DNA of 64,000 nt from the human T2T-CHM13v2.0 reference genome, Homo sapiens, in NCBI RefSeq assembly GCF_009914755.1, contig NC_060937.1; one strand, given 5' to 3'. The notes beneath the pieces were generated by a model. It had not been told where the DNA came from. It did no database searches and saw nothing but the letters and a program-made list of their open reading frames with translations. Shown here piece after piece: positions 43,741 through 58,179 of this stretch (positions within the stretch are counted from its first letter, which is position 1; every line of letters starts with the position of its first letter). The position numbers and the translations under genes were made by a program.

Positions 43741-45779
43741 TGCACACCCATCACAATTATGCTGAACTCCTTAAAGAAATGTGCCAATATATGTGAGTAC
43801 TCAGAGCGGTGTCTGCTACACGGTAAACACTCCATGTTAGCTATAATTTGTTGTTTATTAAGGACTCATTATGTGTCAGTAACTTTGCTAGGTGCAAGGA
43901 AGATGCACGAGCCTCCAGCCCCACCCCTTAAAGATCACAGACATTTTTATTTCTTATGGTTCTGGGGATCAAATCAAAAAGGCAATGTATAAAGATGGAG
44001 GTGTGCTTTTGAAGGTGAAAAGAAAATACATTTGGAAAGCAGAGTTATCATGACTTTATTTTATCAGAATATGACATAATGTCCAAGTAATAAGAAAAAC
44101 TTAATTCAAGAGATGCCTTATAACAACCTTCTGGTTGGAATACACATCACCTGGTGCTGTGGCAAGTGTCTAGAACCTGCTCTGTTGGCCAAAATACCAT
44201 TTTGATTTGTAGTTCTTAGATTTGTAGTGTCCTATTGACTCCAGCTCTGCTGTCATAACTCTATGCTTGGTTATTTTTCTCCAGAGTAGGACACTTAGTG
44301 CAATATGAAATGTCTCTTTTCCAAGACTTCCTGACCATTCACCAAACTATTGGTGAACTCTTCTAATCACCCAATCAACATATATTTGTTGAACACATAC
44401 TATTTGCAAACCCTATTCTAAGGGCTAAATTTGCTGATGCTTTCCTGAATTTGTATCTATAGTTCTGGATTAATTCTGCTGTAATTTTTGTATTACAAGG
44501 ATCACAGAACAAATGCAACAGGAATTCATTCTTCCTTGTATCTCCAAAGTGCCCTATAGAAGAAAATTGAACCCAAAACAGTTTGTGAAGAAATCAAGGA
44601 GCACCACGGTTCTTTTAGCACAAAAGGCAAATTTCTGAGGGAGGTAAGGTCATAGTAACACGATGTTAATCTGATTTTCACAGGCATTTCTTGACCACCT
44701 ATTCTGACCTAAATTCTAGAATATGATATTTACCAGATGTGCTACCTGTACCTTGGACAAGTTACTTAACCTTTCTGGACTTTAGTTTCTTTATCGTTAA
44801 AGTTTGGAAAAAAATAAAATACTTGTAAACACTTAGAAACCCCTTATTACTCCATCTAGTCCTCTTAAAAGCGCTGTGCAATAGATGTTGTTCCTTTTTT
44901 GCATTTGCTAGAACCAAAGCTCAGTTTCATGACTGGAACGGCCTACCTAAGTTCTCAAAGGGAGTAAACAGCAAGTGGAGACTGAAATTGTTTCTTTATG
45001 ACAAACATTTCAAAAGCCTGTGCTCTTTTCCCTGGACCAAAGGCCCAGGACAAGGAAGAATTGCGGTTGGAGAATTTAAAAGCTCAAGAGATAGGTGCCA
45101 GATTTTATTATTATTCAACTCAATTGTCCTTATCCTAGTTAGTCGGACACTCTGGCCCCTGAATTTCTTGGTATCTGTGTTTGCAGGTCAGTTCTCAGAG
45201 AACTTCTCATAAACAGTTTCAAAACAGAAATGCTCAATTTCAAAGGTAAGCAAAGCCAAATTGACTTTGAAGTCAGAAAGTTCCGTTCCCCCTGTTCCAT
45301 AACATGCTTTGTGTGCTAGAGGTCAAGTTTTCCCAGTTGATAAGGGGGCTTAACTGGAAGTTCTCAGAGCAGGAAAGCAGATCCGGACGGCCACAGAGGT
45401 CATCAGTGGAGGGATGGCCCTGAGAGGAGGGCTTTATCTAAGTTAACTGGCCACTGGGAGTCAGGCAGGAGCAAATGCATTCTCTTTCTGCCAAAGGTTA
45501 CGCACCTAGGGTGGCAGCTGACACCACTGTGACTGCTTCTAACTATGGCACATGCGATGAAGAGATGATACCAATATTTAGGTAGCAAATGAAACTCAGA
45601 AACTTCCTTTGGGAAAGGTGGTGGGTTTTAGTGTCTTTAGGTTCAAGATGGTGTCTTCCACTCTTCCTCCTCCTCCTCCTCCTGTTCCTCCTCCATTTTC
45701 TTTTCATTATCCATTCTTTCATAGAACAGTAATCAATCTATCTAACTCAAAGTCTGTTCTTTCATATATCTGTGTTTAA

Positions 45780-46010
<231 letters not shown>

Positions 46011-46421
46011 TAAAACCTCATAAGATATACCTTACACCAAGTCCTACCAGGTACTACTAAAGGTGTGCATACATTTTCTGCCCCTGTTTAATATACTCAC
46101 TTCAAGAAATTGTATCTCCTTTGGGTCCTATTCATGCCTGTCCCAGCAAGGTGCTGATGAGTGGTCCTACCTTATTACGCTACATGGAGTTAAGCATGTT
46201 GGAAGGGCAGCCAGGAAGTTTCAAGAGACAAATCTGGGATAAATACCTAATGAAGTTAGAATAAATTACTATATTCAACGGTAAGAGGCACTTAGGATAG
46301 TCCACAAAGGAAAACTATAACAACACTTTAACTTGTTTTTTTAAATTAAAAAAACAAACAAACAGGCAAAACCACTATGAAAAGAATCCACAGTCGAGCA
46401 GCATGGAATGGAAAATGCAGC

Positions 46422-46591
<170 letters not shown>

Positions 46592-48409
46592 GGAAAATGC
46601 AGCAAAATGATGGTCCTTACCCCAGTCACTTTCCAGTCTTCCTCCTGGAGTCCCTGCTGAGAGAGAGGAGGGCAGTTTGGGATGAGATGTGCAGAGTTGC
46701 TCTAAGCCTGGCTGCTCCAGAACCCAGCCACCCACTCAGGGACCCTTCTGCTCTTAGGCTGTGGCAGCCCCAGCCTTTCCCTGAGCTGTCCTTGGCTTGC
46801 CATTTTGAGAGTCAGAAGAGAAACACTCCCTGATCACCCAAATGGTAGCCATGCCTCAGTCAGGCCAACAGGACCCCAGGAGCTAACATGAAGGCCACAA
46901 GCTGTAGGCTAACCCTGACCTCCCTTTGTGCTCAGAGACCGCAGGCCGTAATTCTCTGTGTGAAAATGTTGTGTAAACTTGGCAGCCATTAGCATATTCA
47001 CCCACGGCCTCCTTGTCAAAATGATTGCAGTCCTTAGAGCCTTTCCTGGGAGCCTTCTTTACTAATCTCTGTGGTTCCCCTCTGAGCACTCCATAGAAAA
47101 TGCTTTCTTCTTTGATAATTCAGGTCAGATTTGCAGAAGCCAGATTCAGAGAGGGCTTAAGTAATTTTCCACATTGGCTGCCTTTTGTGCTCAAATTTAG
47201 CTGAAAATTGCTTAATTCTGTGCTCCACTCTGACTGCATAGATTTAGCTGAAAATTCTTTAAATCATAAGAGCCCCAAGACCCCACAACTTAATTCTACC
47301 CACCCTGAGCATTAGTAGGGGTGCTACATATATAACTGGAAAGGGAGAAGGATCTACCTTCATAACCCAGAAAAGAGAGAGAATCTTGATGATAGCAAGG
47401 TATAAAATGTATTACGCCATCACAGGATTTAGTATGTGAAGCTAGTGTGATTTCATTAAAAAAGCCCCAAATTGAGAGACAGGAAACCTGGATTCAAGCC
47501 TTATTCCTACCACTTAAAAAGTAACAGGTTCTTAACCTTTACTTGCATCATAGGCTCCTTGGAAGATCTGCTGAATGCTTTTGAGCTTTAATCAAATACA
47601 CACAAAATTTGAGGCAGCATTGCACAGGGCCAGCCCTCAGGTACCAATCTCTCCCAAGTCCACCTCTACAATATTTTTCAGTACTATCCCCACAGGGCCC
47701 ATTCATCCTGCATTAGGAGAGGAACCATCTATCAAGTTATACTTTTAATGTTCACAATGCTAACTGTCCCACATAGCCCCGAGAGCGAAAGCAGAAGAGC
47801 GTTGGGAAGTTTAATCAACTGGTAGTATAGCTCCGTTTCATCCTTGGCTTTCATGAAATGCTAAAATTATCCCCAGCTCCTTAGAGCGTTATTTGCAGTT
47901 CCATATGGTTTATATCCTAGCAATCTAGCAATTCATCAATCTGTTTACATACTGATGTTATACTTAGATTGATATTTAACTCTCCTCAGCATCATTGCCT
48001 TGCAAAAGATTTATAAATGACTGCTTTGCAGTAATAGAATTGATATTGCACTAAATGGAAAATAGTAATCATTTAGTTACAAATCATGGTCCCTTTCTTC
48101 TTATTTACACATACATAACCACATATTTACACACAAGCATGTAGAGCTGGCTGTGTCAGTGCCCCTGACATTGACAAGTATGTCAAATACTGACTGTTGA
48201 TTTGTGAAACAGCAACTACAGTTCTGTATATAAACAGCCTCATGTAAAAATGCATATAAAGGAAATACACAGCTATCAATACACACATCCAAAGTGTGCA
48301 TTTGTCACTCCCTTCTTCTACTTGTTTTCATTTCATGGTATATGTCACAGTGGTATTTAAAATCTGTCAGGAGACACCAACAATGTATGAAATAAACAGC
48401 CTTTTTTTC

Positions 48410-48630
48410 TACTACTATAGCATCATTGAATCTTAAAGTTGGGATTTTAAAGGTTGTTTACTCTGGCTTCCCACCCAATGCAGGAATTGCCTTTTCGGTG
48501 ACCTTGATAGATGGTTATACAAGCCTCTGTTTGAATACATGGGTTGGGGATCTCATTTCTGCACAGATGTAAATATTACGAAGATCTTCCTTACATCGAG
48601 CTATACTGTGTCTCTAGCAATTGTCATAAT
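48410..48630. mobile_element. Probable L3/CR1 relic
   Basis: AGATGGTTATACAAGCCTCTGTTTGAATAC...GGGGATCTCA, by recall. Confidence 0.4.
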
Positions 48631-49380
48631 GATACCAATCAAACTTGTCTTCCTCTTAAAAATGCTCCTTCTTTTATGTTTCCCATCTTAACTAATAGAA
48701 CCACTAATCAACCACTTCAAAACCAGGCCCTACACAGCCTTCTTGTTTCCATTCAATGGATTACCAAACCCAAGTGAGTCTGTCTTTCTAAAATAGCCTC
48801 TTGGGCCTGCTGCCTTCTCTTTGTCCCAGGGATTTTGTCGCCTCTTTCTTGGATTATCGCATTAGCCACTAACTGATCACTCTGCCTCTAATCTCACCCT
48901 TTATGGTCCCTCACCCAAGCTGAATCGAGACTTAATTGGGAAAGCCCTGCAATGAAGCCCTATAACATTAGAGGATGAAGCCTTTCCCCTATGATCAGGC
49001 TCTGGCTTACCTCTCCAAATATATGCATCAGTGCTCCTCCTAACACCCTTCTCATTGCCTGTTCCAGGCCAGCCCTATGGAACAGTTATGGTTAGTTCCG
49101 GGAATGTGCAGTGGTTATTCATACCCCATATGTTTTCATGAATATTGTTACTTTGCCTGAAAGACTGTCTCCTTGGTCTACGTAGTGAAGTGCCACTGAT
49201 CCTTCATGGCTGTGCCCTAGCATCCACTCTCCCGTGACCCCCTCTCTGTCTCACTGTACCTTCACCGAGCCTTTTGTCCACCTCAATCACAATAACTATT
49301 GTTTTCAGTGGTGTTTGTTTAAATGTTTACCTCCCTACTAGAATGTAACCTCATGAAATTATCCATGTTTGGAGCCCTGG
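48630..49380 (+). mobile_element. L2 fragment
   Basis: Degenerate pyrimidine-rich L2-like text ending CTCCCTACTAGAATGTAA. Confidence 0.5.
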
Positions 49381-49449
49381 GGGAATAGCAAAGTGTATGA
49401 CTTACAGGAAGTAGCATAGCTCAACCAGTCTCTGCATGTTTGTTGCAGT

Positions 49450-49790
49450 AAGGAAGGAAGGAAGGGAGGGAGGGAGGGATGGAAGGAGGGAAGGAGAGAT
49501 GGAGGGAGGGAAGGAAGAAAGGAAGGAAGGAGAGAAGGAAGTAAAGAGGCAGGGAAGGAAGAAAGGAAGGAAGGAAGGAGAGAAGGAAGGAAAGAGGGAA
49601 AGAAGGAAGGAAGGTAGGGAAGCGGGGGAGGAAGGAAGGAAGGAAGGAAGGAAGGAAGGAAGGAAGGAAGGAAGGAGAGAAGGAAGGAAAGAGGGAAAGA
49701 AGGAAGGAAGGTAGGGAAGCGAGGGAGGAAGGAAGGAAGGAAGGAAGGAAGGAGGGAAAAAGGGGAAGGAGTGAAGAAAGAGGAAGGAAG
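49450..49790. repeat. Polypurine (GGAA)n-type low-complexity tract
   Basis: About 340 bp almost entirely G/A on the + strand. Confidence 0.95.
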
Positions 49791-50652
49791 TGTGGAATAA
49801 GTTGGCTTCCCACACCATAGTCTTTAATGTTTACAGACAGGTAGTCCTACCCTGAATTTTGAAAACTATCTTGAAATACTATCTTTTCCTAACTAAACAT
49901 TCTTCAATTATTCTTCATAAAATACTTTTTGCAGACATTTTACGCTCCTGATAGTTCTTTCTGGATGAGTTCTAGAGCGGAACGAAATATCCCATGTATG
50001 TCTGACCAATTACGTAACTATGCAGTTGGTTGTACAGCTGTGACTAAATACACCTAAAGAAAGTTACCTGTTCTATTTGGTATATATTACGTCTAAACTC
50101 CACCTACCCAATATTTCTTTCTCATGACTTGCTTCTGTGTCATGATGTCTCATTCTAGGAATGTGCAGTACACACACCTCCTTCTCTAGAGACCTCGCTA
50201 GCTACCATCCCTGCTGCCCACATGACCCTTGCTCCCCTGACCACAGCTGATTGGATGGTTTATAGGCCTCTCAGCTCCTCCTGGGGCCTGGACCACCAGT
50301 TCCTCCTTCTAGACATTGAGCTAAGACCCGTGGAGGATGTGGCTAGATGGCGGTGGGGCTAGGTACAGCTGAGGCAGCCTTTGATTAATGTGCACACTGA
50401 AGAGTAAGCAGAGAGATTCAGTTAGCAGAAAGCAATGGGCTAATGGGACAGACACCAGAGAAAGAGCGATAAGAGATCCTACAGGAAGAAAGACAGGTAG
50501 AAGAGAGGGAGGCAGGGGGAAGGAGCAGGAGGAGGAAGAGAGCTGCCTCAGTCTCTGGTCTAGTTATGTGAGGTCCACTTGGGCTTTGTTCCTGGGCGGG
50601 GGTTGAGGGGGGTGACTCTAGATCCTTTCACTAACCATATGTATATGCTCTG

Positions 50653-50790
50653 CATGTATCATTAAAACAGTAGGACCCAAGGCCATTAGAAACTTATAGT
50701 ACTGTGTTTTAGCTGTACAGTCTCTAGTCTTAGCTGTTCCCGAGAATTTGTCCGAAGATAATGATGCCCTATCAGCATTGAAACTTATTC
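50653..50790. repeat. Copy 1 of a diverged ~138-bp dispersed direct repeat
   Basis: Aligns to 52256-52394 with 21 mismatches and 1 indel by manual count. Confidence 0.92.
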
Positions 50791-51639
50791 CTGTGCCTCA
50801 CCACGGTGCCTCCCCCGAGGGACACACACACACAAACACTGGAAACACACACAGCATTTTTTTTCCTTGAAACCAGGGAGACTTAACCAGGACTCTTAGC
50901 CTACTGATTTTTGTGTGTCAAGAATCAAGCATTACATTTCCTCCTATTAAATGTAACATTTTTGTATTTGTCCATCATGCCAGTACTTCACAATTTCAGA
51001 TTTCATTAAGTCTCTCTTCACAACTTTAGGCAACGTGTTCCCTGTATCTTTCAAGCTAGTGACCATGTGAAGAAAGAAAAGGAGGGTTGGTACGGCCAGG
51101 TCTTCACAAACCCATGAGAGTTCCTTATTCTATCCTAGTCTCTTCTAAAAAATTACAGGTCATCTCTTTAATCATCTAAACCAGAATTTTGAAAACTAAG
51201 ACATTTTCTCATTTCTAGTCCTCTGCACCTTTTCCATTCTCCATGATTCTCTGGACACTTGGATATTGTCCCAACATATTACATTATTTCTTCCCTCCTC
51301 ACGTTGGCTTAATCCTTTCTAGTCTGATCTGAAAATCGTTTCTCTTTGTTGTTGTTGAAGAAAATTGAATTTACAAAGGATTATGGAAATTTTTTCTGCT
51401 GTGTTAGAGGCAACATTATCCCTACTCAGCCCAAGCATGAGATTACCTCCTTCATGTTCTGGACTAAAATATTTTGTCCAGATCTCAGTTTCTTTCTCAA
51501 ATTGTGGAAAGCTAGGATAATCTCTACCCTGAGTCTATCATTTTGAAATATCAAAGCATAATTTCTCACTCATTTCTTTTCAAATTCATTTAGTCTGGCT
51601 ATACACACATAAAAGACAACAAGCATATTAACAGCAGTG

Positions 51640-51870
51640 AATATTTATTTTTTATTTGCCATATACAAGACACTAGATTAAATACTTCCATCATCTCATG
51701 TAATCCCCACAATAGCATTATGAATTTCTGTGTATTAATGTAATAATAATTTATTTATAATGTATTAACTATCCACATTTTTCAGACAAAGAGCTACAAC
51801 TTAGAGAGATGACGTGGCTTGCAAAGTGATATTCAGGTATCAGACGTTAGAGCAGAGATTTGAGTCTAGT
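51640..51870 (-). mobile_element. MIR
   Basis: ATCTCATGTAATCCCCACAA...ATTTTTCAGACAAAG...GAGCAGAGATTTGAGTC. Confidence 0.55.
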
Positions 51871-52255
51871 CATGGTTTCCCTCCCCATTTACATCTATGT
51901 CAATGAAAGCAGCTAGAACTGATGCTAACTCTCTTAGCCACTGTGCTCATGAAAAGCTAGCTCTTGTCACTATCATTATCATTGTTATTAATCCCATTAA
52001 GGTCTCAATGCTAGTCAGTGGTCAGGACGAAACTTAAACCTTGGATGATCTGATGCCTCTCAACATGGATACCAATAAACCCAAAGCCAACAATCTGGTA
52101 AATCAGCCATTGATAGACATAAATCCTCAAATTATTCATGGACTTTATTCAAAGTTGTGTTTGTAAGTTAGTCATTTAGAACCCCAAACACATTTCCTCA
52201 TTGAAATAATGTTTTACATAAGAGCAGCCCATACAAATAAAGCTGAAATATTCTC

Positions 52256-52394
52256 CATGTACAATTAAAACAGGAGAACCCATGACTATTATAAATGCAT
52301 AGTGCTGTGTTTTAGCCATACATTCTCTAGTCTTGGCTGTTCCTGAAAATTTGTCTGAAGGTAATGATTGCCCTATCAGCATTGAAACTCATTC
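52256..52394. repeat. Copy 2 of the ~138-bp dispersed direct repeat
   Basis: Shares ATTAAAACAG, CTGTGTTTTAGC, TCTCTAGTCTT and GCCCTATCAGCATTGAAACT with 50653-50790. Confidence 0.92.
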
Positions 52395-53269
52395 ATGTTG
52401 AGGTCTACATGAGAAAGGTCAAATGATTCTCTAGTGTAGTCATCTTTATGAGCTCCCACCCTCATGCAAGGGCTTGATACCAGGCAGGCAGTAAATGTTT
52501 CCTGGCTGAATGAAAACATGCAGTGGGGAGGGGGTAGAGAACACAGGAACCCAAAGGTGATAAGGCAGAATAGTGGGAGAGGTTCACTGAGACCCTTACA
52601 AGTATAGCTGTAACTCCATCGTAACTTCTGTTTTTGATGGATACAAGTAGAAAGCAAGGAGAATTGGTGCTAAGCCTGAAATCTGCAGTGGGGGTTCATA
52701 ATTACCCTTGAAGTCCTGTGCACAGTTGGGATTCCAATGTAACTATTTTAACTAAGAAACATGCATTCCCTCCACAAACCAAGTTAGCCTAAAAGAGAGT
52801 TCATTCAAGTTGAATGACCCTGAAGAAGCTTGTTAGTAAACAGTTCACCCACGGGCTCTATATTCTCCCTTAGCTGTTATTAAGCTGAACAGCTTATCTT
52901 TAATTTAAAGAAGCATCCACCCAGTATACACAGGTGACTTACACTGGGAATTGCCAGAAGCCATGGAAACATTAACCACCTAGATAACGTTAGGCCCACT
53001 AAATTGATGGTTACCATCATGTGCTTATGTTCTTCTCCAGGGGCTCAGAGAAATAGACTTCATTTTAATTGCTACTCAAAAAATGTCCTTGGTGAAAATA
53101 ATAACAGCATCTTGCTACCACTAGCCCACATTTAAATGACAGGGCCAGGTCTGACTGATGGCTGCCTCAGGGAATATTCCCTCTGCTCTTCTCAGGGGTC
53201 CCTTAAGTCTTTCAGTCTCTCATTGTTCATCTGGAACTAAACCTAAATACATCTCTTAAAACCAAATGT

Positions 53270-53777
53270 CTAAGAAAAATGTATGTACATACAAAACACT
53301 TTCACAAATGTTTATAGCTGTATTTATAATCACCAAAAAATGGAAACAAATTCAATCTCATTTGACTGTTGAATGGTTACCCAAACTGTGGTACATCCAT
53401 GCAAGGGAATATTACTCCGCAATAAAAAGGAACAAACCATCGTAACAGGTAACAACGTGGGTGAATCTCAAATGCATTATGCAGAGTGAAAGAAATCAGA
53501 CTTAAAAGGCTACATACTAAATGATTACATTTGCAGAACATTCTGGAAAAGGCAAAACTATAGGGACAGAAAATCCATCAGTGGTTGCCAGGGTCTGGAG
53601 AAAGAAGAGTCTGACAACAAAAGGGCACAAGGTAATTTTGGGTGGCAAATGACTGTTCTATATGTTGATCATGGGGGTGGTCACATATGAATATGTGTTT
53701 CTCAAAAATCCTAGACCTGTACACTAAAAAGAGCAAATTTTAGCACACTTAAGTTATACCTCAAGAAACTGATTAAA
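53270..53777 (+). mobile_element. L1ME-type 3' end
   Basis: AAACTGTGGTACATCCATGC, GCAATAAAAAGGAAC, GGAAAAGGCAAAACTATAGGGACAG, AGTGGTTGCCAGGG and TTATACCTCAA. Confidence 0.88.
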
Positions 53778-53787
53778 CATAATAATG

Positions 53788-54211
<424 letters not shown>

Positions 54212-56869
54212 AACCCCTAAAAGTGTTCAGGTAGGTGTTTTTAGTTGAGAATGATTAAGTTGATAGCTAAGTGTGGGTTAGGATTGGGCAACATCTGCCC
54301 AGCAGGGCCAGCTGATTGTTGTTCTGAGAGACCACAGAGACCCTCGTGGGAACAGCATTTCTAACTTGATTTCTAGAATTTGTTGATGGCATAGTTTGGG
54401 ATGGCAAAGGATGGGTAGGGTAAAAGCCAGAATTGGTGCTTATGGGCACAAGTCCCTAGTGGTTCTCCTCCAGGGCAAAGGGCAGATGTCTGAATGACCT
54501 GTGGCCAGAAATATGAGGTGATGCACACGCAGTTTCCAAGTGCTCCACACAGCATCATGCTGAATGCTCCTAAGAACTTTTCACGCCAGGAGCCACCATT
54601 CCTGTTGTGTAGGTGACTGAACTGAGGTGGAGGGGAGGTGACTTAGCCAGATCACAGTGAGGAAATGGACTGGAGGCTGGGCCACAGGGCTCCTGAGTTC
54701 ACGCTTGTTTGCTTGTTTGTTTGTTGATGCTGGTGGTGGTGATGGTGGTGGTGTTCAAATGACATCAAAGCTCTTCATCCTTGATGTGAGTCCATCATCA
54801 AAATTTTGAAAAACACCAGACAGAAAAAGGTTTTCTCTCCCTGCAAACATAAACACAGGAGTGATTTATAAAAAAATAAAATAAAAGACAAAACAAAGGT
54901 CAGAATTTTGTCCAGAATAGTCAGGCTATGGTGACATGAAACCAAGCAGCTGACTTACTAATACAATGGTGTATTTCAGAGGAGCATTTGGGTATGTTGA
55001 CTACACAACTGAAAACACCTGGATATTTTGTTTTGAGATTAACTGCATGATATCGTCCATGTTGGTCAGGTATCCAGGAATGATTGATTGACACCCTCCC
55101 AAGTGAAGACACGGGGCAGTTGAGCACTCCCTGGGCAATTCAGCATCTCACAGAGTTCTGTTGTTATATCTGAAATCACTAGACTCTCCCACACAAAAGA
55201 ATGGGCAATAAATCAAACCTTTCATACGTCTTCCTGGTACTGAAAAGCCCACTGCTACACTGCACAAGAAACATAGATTGTGGAATGTTTTTCGGTTGGC
55301 ATAGGAACAGCCTTGGAAATGTTCAGACCAGAAGGGTCAGAATGTTAGGAAGTTTGCAGCAGGAAAAATTCCTGCTGTGACCATGATAAGTTAAATATCC
55401 TGACTAGACTCTCTCTTCTCTTTCTGGCACATGGCCTAGCCGAAAGAGCGCCTCGTGTGGTTCTGTAATAGTCACACAAAACAAAATGGACCGCATCCTC
55501 CCAAGGCACCCTTGCCCGCAGACCTTTCGAGGCCCTGAAGTGCCTGTATGGGAAACTGAGGCCCAGAAATATGGAGTGCAGGGTTAGTGAGCCTAGAGAG
55601 AACATGGAAGTGGGGATGGGACAAGTGCTGTGTGTGCACCATGACATATCACACTGAGTTCCCCTTCTCAGGCCCTGTGTCCGAAAGAGAGCAAGGAGTT
55701 TAGAGCTGGCTGAATCCCAACTTGCTGCTACTCCCTGCACTCTGATGATGACAGTGACCCTACCCTGGCACAAACCTCAAGTTTCCTTAGAACCCACTGG
55801 CAAGTGGCTCACCTCTTTAGGATGAAGTGAAGAGTATTTCAAATGTCTCTCTTCTCTTTCTCCCTGGAGGTCTGGGAGGGCGTAGGTGGGAAGGTAGGGG
55901 AGAGATGGGATAGAGAGGGGCACCAGTGAGGCAGCACAACAGTGGATGAAAGAGAATAAGCAAAAGCCCTCAAGCCCCAGTGTCTTAGAGGACTCTAAAC
56001 ACAGTAATTATACATGTCCATGCCACCTGCAGTCAACCTTTCACAATCTCCTGAACCTCTCTTGGAGCAAACACAGCTTGTGAAAATCTGGATGTTCATG
56101 GAAGAGAAATTATGGACTTATATTCCACTAGCAACGATGATACTTTGAAAGTACTCATAAATACCTTCATTAAATGGTCAGCTTTTTTTGTAGTACACTT
56201 TAAATATGACTTGATTTCTAAAAATGTGATTTTCCCATAGCTCTTTGAGACCACACCTATTGCATAAACTGAGTCATGCCTGCAATAAAGTCAAGGTTTC
56301 CAGAGAAGGACATTCTCCATTTCTTCCACCATTTACCCTAATACTTGAGATTAATGCAGAAGCAGTGAACACGAGAGCTAGGCTGAGCAGAGCAAAGACC
56401 TCTGCCTCAAGCCACAGTGGAACCGTTTTGAGCATTATTCTTTGCCAGATTTACAGGGTGACAATAAAGCTTTCTCTGGGCCAGAGTTGTCCTGTGCTAG
56501 CATAGAAGGCAGCCTCCCAAGTTACATGGAAAAGGGGGAGAGAGGAAAGAGAAAGTGAAATGGATGAGCTTCCTGATGACTTTATTTTCCATGGTTCTGG
56601 GTTTTATGGGGCCAAAGGGAATGGAGTGCATAAGCTATGAGTGAAATGAAGCAATCCAATTGCCTTTCTGACTATATGTTTTTAATCCTGTCTCTCAAGA
56701 AGCAGCCAGTTTAACCTTTGAGCATGCCTGTGCCCAATCTGAGTGTTACACTAAGAATCACTTGACTTGGCCCAAAGCTATTTACCGCATTAAAATCACA
56801 GTGAATTCTGTAGAAATGATCAGCCAGGAATGGGCTTAGAATCATGGAAACTGCTTCAAGCATAACAGC

Positions 56870-57000
56870 CACTCATTCAATCAACCAGTGTTTATTGAGC
56901 ACCTACTGGGTGACATTTTCTACATCAGGCAGCAAGGAACCCACTATGAATATATCCTGGATCTTGGCCTTAAAGAGTCTACAATCAAGTCAGAAGACAC
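56870..57000 (-). mobile_element. L2 3' terminus
   Basis: CATTCAATCAACCAGTGTTTATTGAGCACCTACTG. Confidence 0.7.
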
Positions 57001-58179
57001 ATACATACCCACATGGCCCAGAGCTATGTGAGTAAGACTTAAAATGGGGGAATAAAGCAACATGAAGGTAAGGGCGGTCCCAGTGACCTGTAAGTGGGAG
57101 TTGCTCTGGTCAGGGGAGGATATCCCCAGAGGATGGTGCTTGATAGAGTGCTGATAATGAGCAGAAAGCGATGCGGTGCCCTCACCATCCTGATTCAGCC
57201 ACTCCAATGACTCCAGAACCAGGAGTCCCTTCTTCAGGACATTTTTGCCTCGAGGAATTCTCAACCCAAAAAGCAATGGATTTTCTATCAGGAAGGCTGC
57301 CAACTTAATTTTTTCCATGAAAATATATACACTCACACACATGCATGCACTTGCCCTTCTCGGTCTTGTCAGATTGATGGCAATTATTTCTTTTGTTCTA
57401 TCTTCCCAGGTCAGGGAGGCATTCAGATCTAAATTCCAAAGGTGAATAGAGAGCAAATGTACCTCATTTTTGTGATTTCAAGCACTCTTGGGAAAGATTT
57501 AGGGTAGTAAATGAATAACAATTAACAATATTTTCCCATCTGATTGGCAGATCATATGGTGTTTGCCCTTTAGAATTAATTTAGCTTTCTAGTAAGGTTA
57601 TCTTGCACACTTTCCAGGGTCCCCTGATATAAATAGACTAAGGAGTAAGAAGGAAATCAAAACAAGTGTGCATTTGTCTGGAACACAGTGACAACTATTT
57701 GGAGTGGAGAAAGTAAATACAAGAAAACAACAATTAGTAGAAAGCTTTAGGACCGAGCTAGTGCCTACAGTATCTTCATCAGATCAACAGGTTAGTCACA
57801 AAGGACTATGCTAGAAATTCAGCTCCAAGCCGAGCAGAAGCTATATGTTACAGTGAAAAGATGGGGTTGTCTCTCCTAATTTATTTTAAAAATCAGTTGA
57901 AGTTTAGCAAATTTTTTTTTGTAAAGAAATAAAAAAGAAATGTCCTTACTGTTAGTAAATAATGAAAAATGGGTCCAGCTGCAGTCACCTAGAGCAAGTA
58001 CTTGTCAATGGCAAGCTGGGGGGTAAAATGAGCATTTATCAGCCTGAATACCTTAGTTTTCTCCTTTGGGAGGGGGGCAGAGGTATGGAAAGAAATCCTG
58101 TGGCGATCTTTACCTTCATTTTATCTGTAAATCTGAATGAACAATATGCCCTTCATGATTCTATTAACTAAAGAAGAGA

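Noticed and set aside
49402-49818. 138-aa and 130-aa LPSF-repeat ORFs
   Set aside because: Translations of the GGAA low-complexity tract
56944-57456. 170-aa minus-strand ORF
   Set aside because: Non-ATG start, partly overlaps L2, no recognisable protein features
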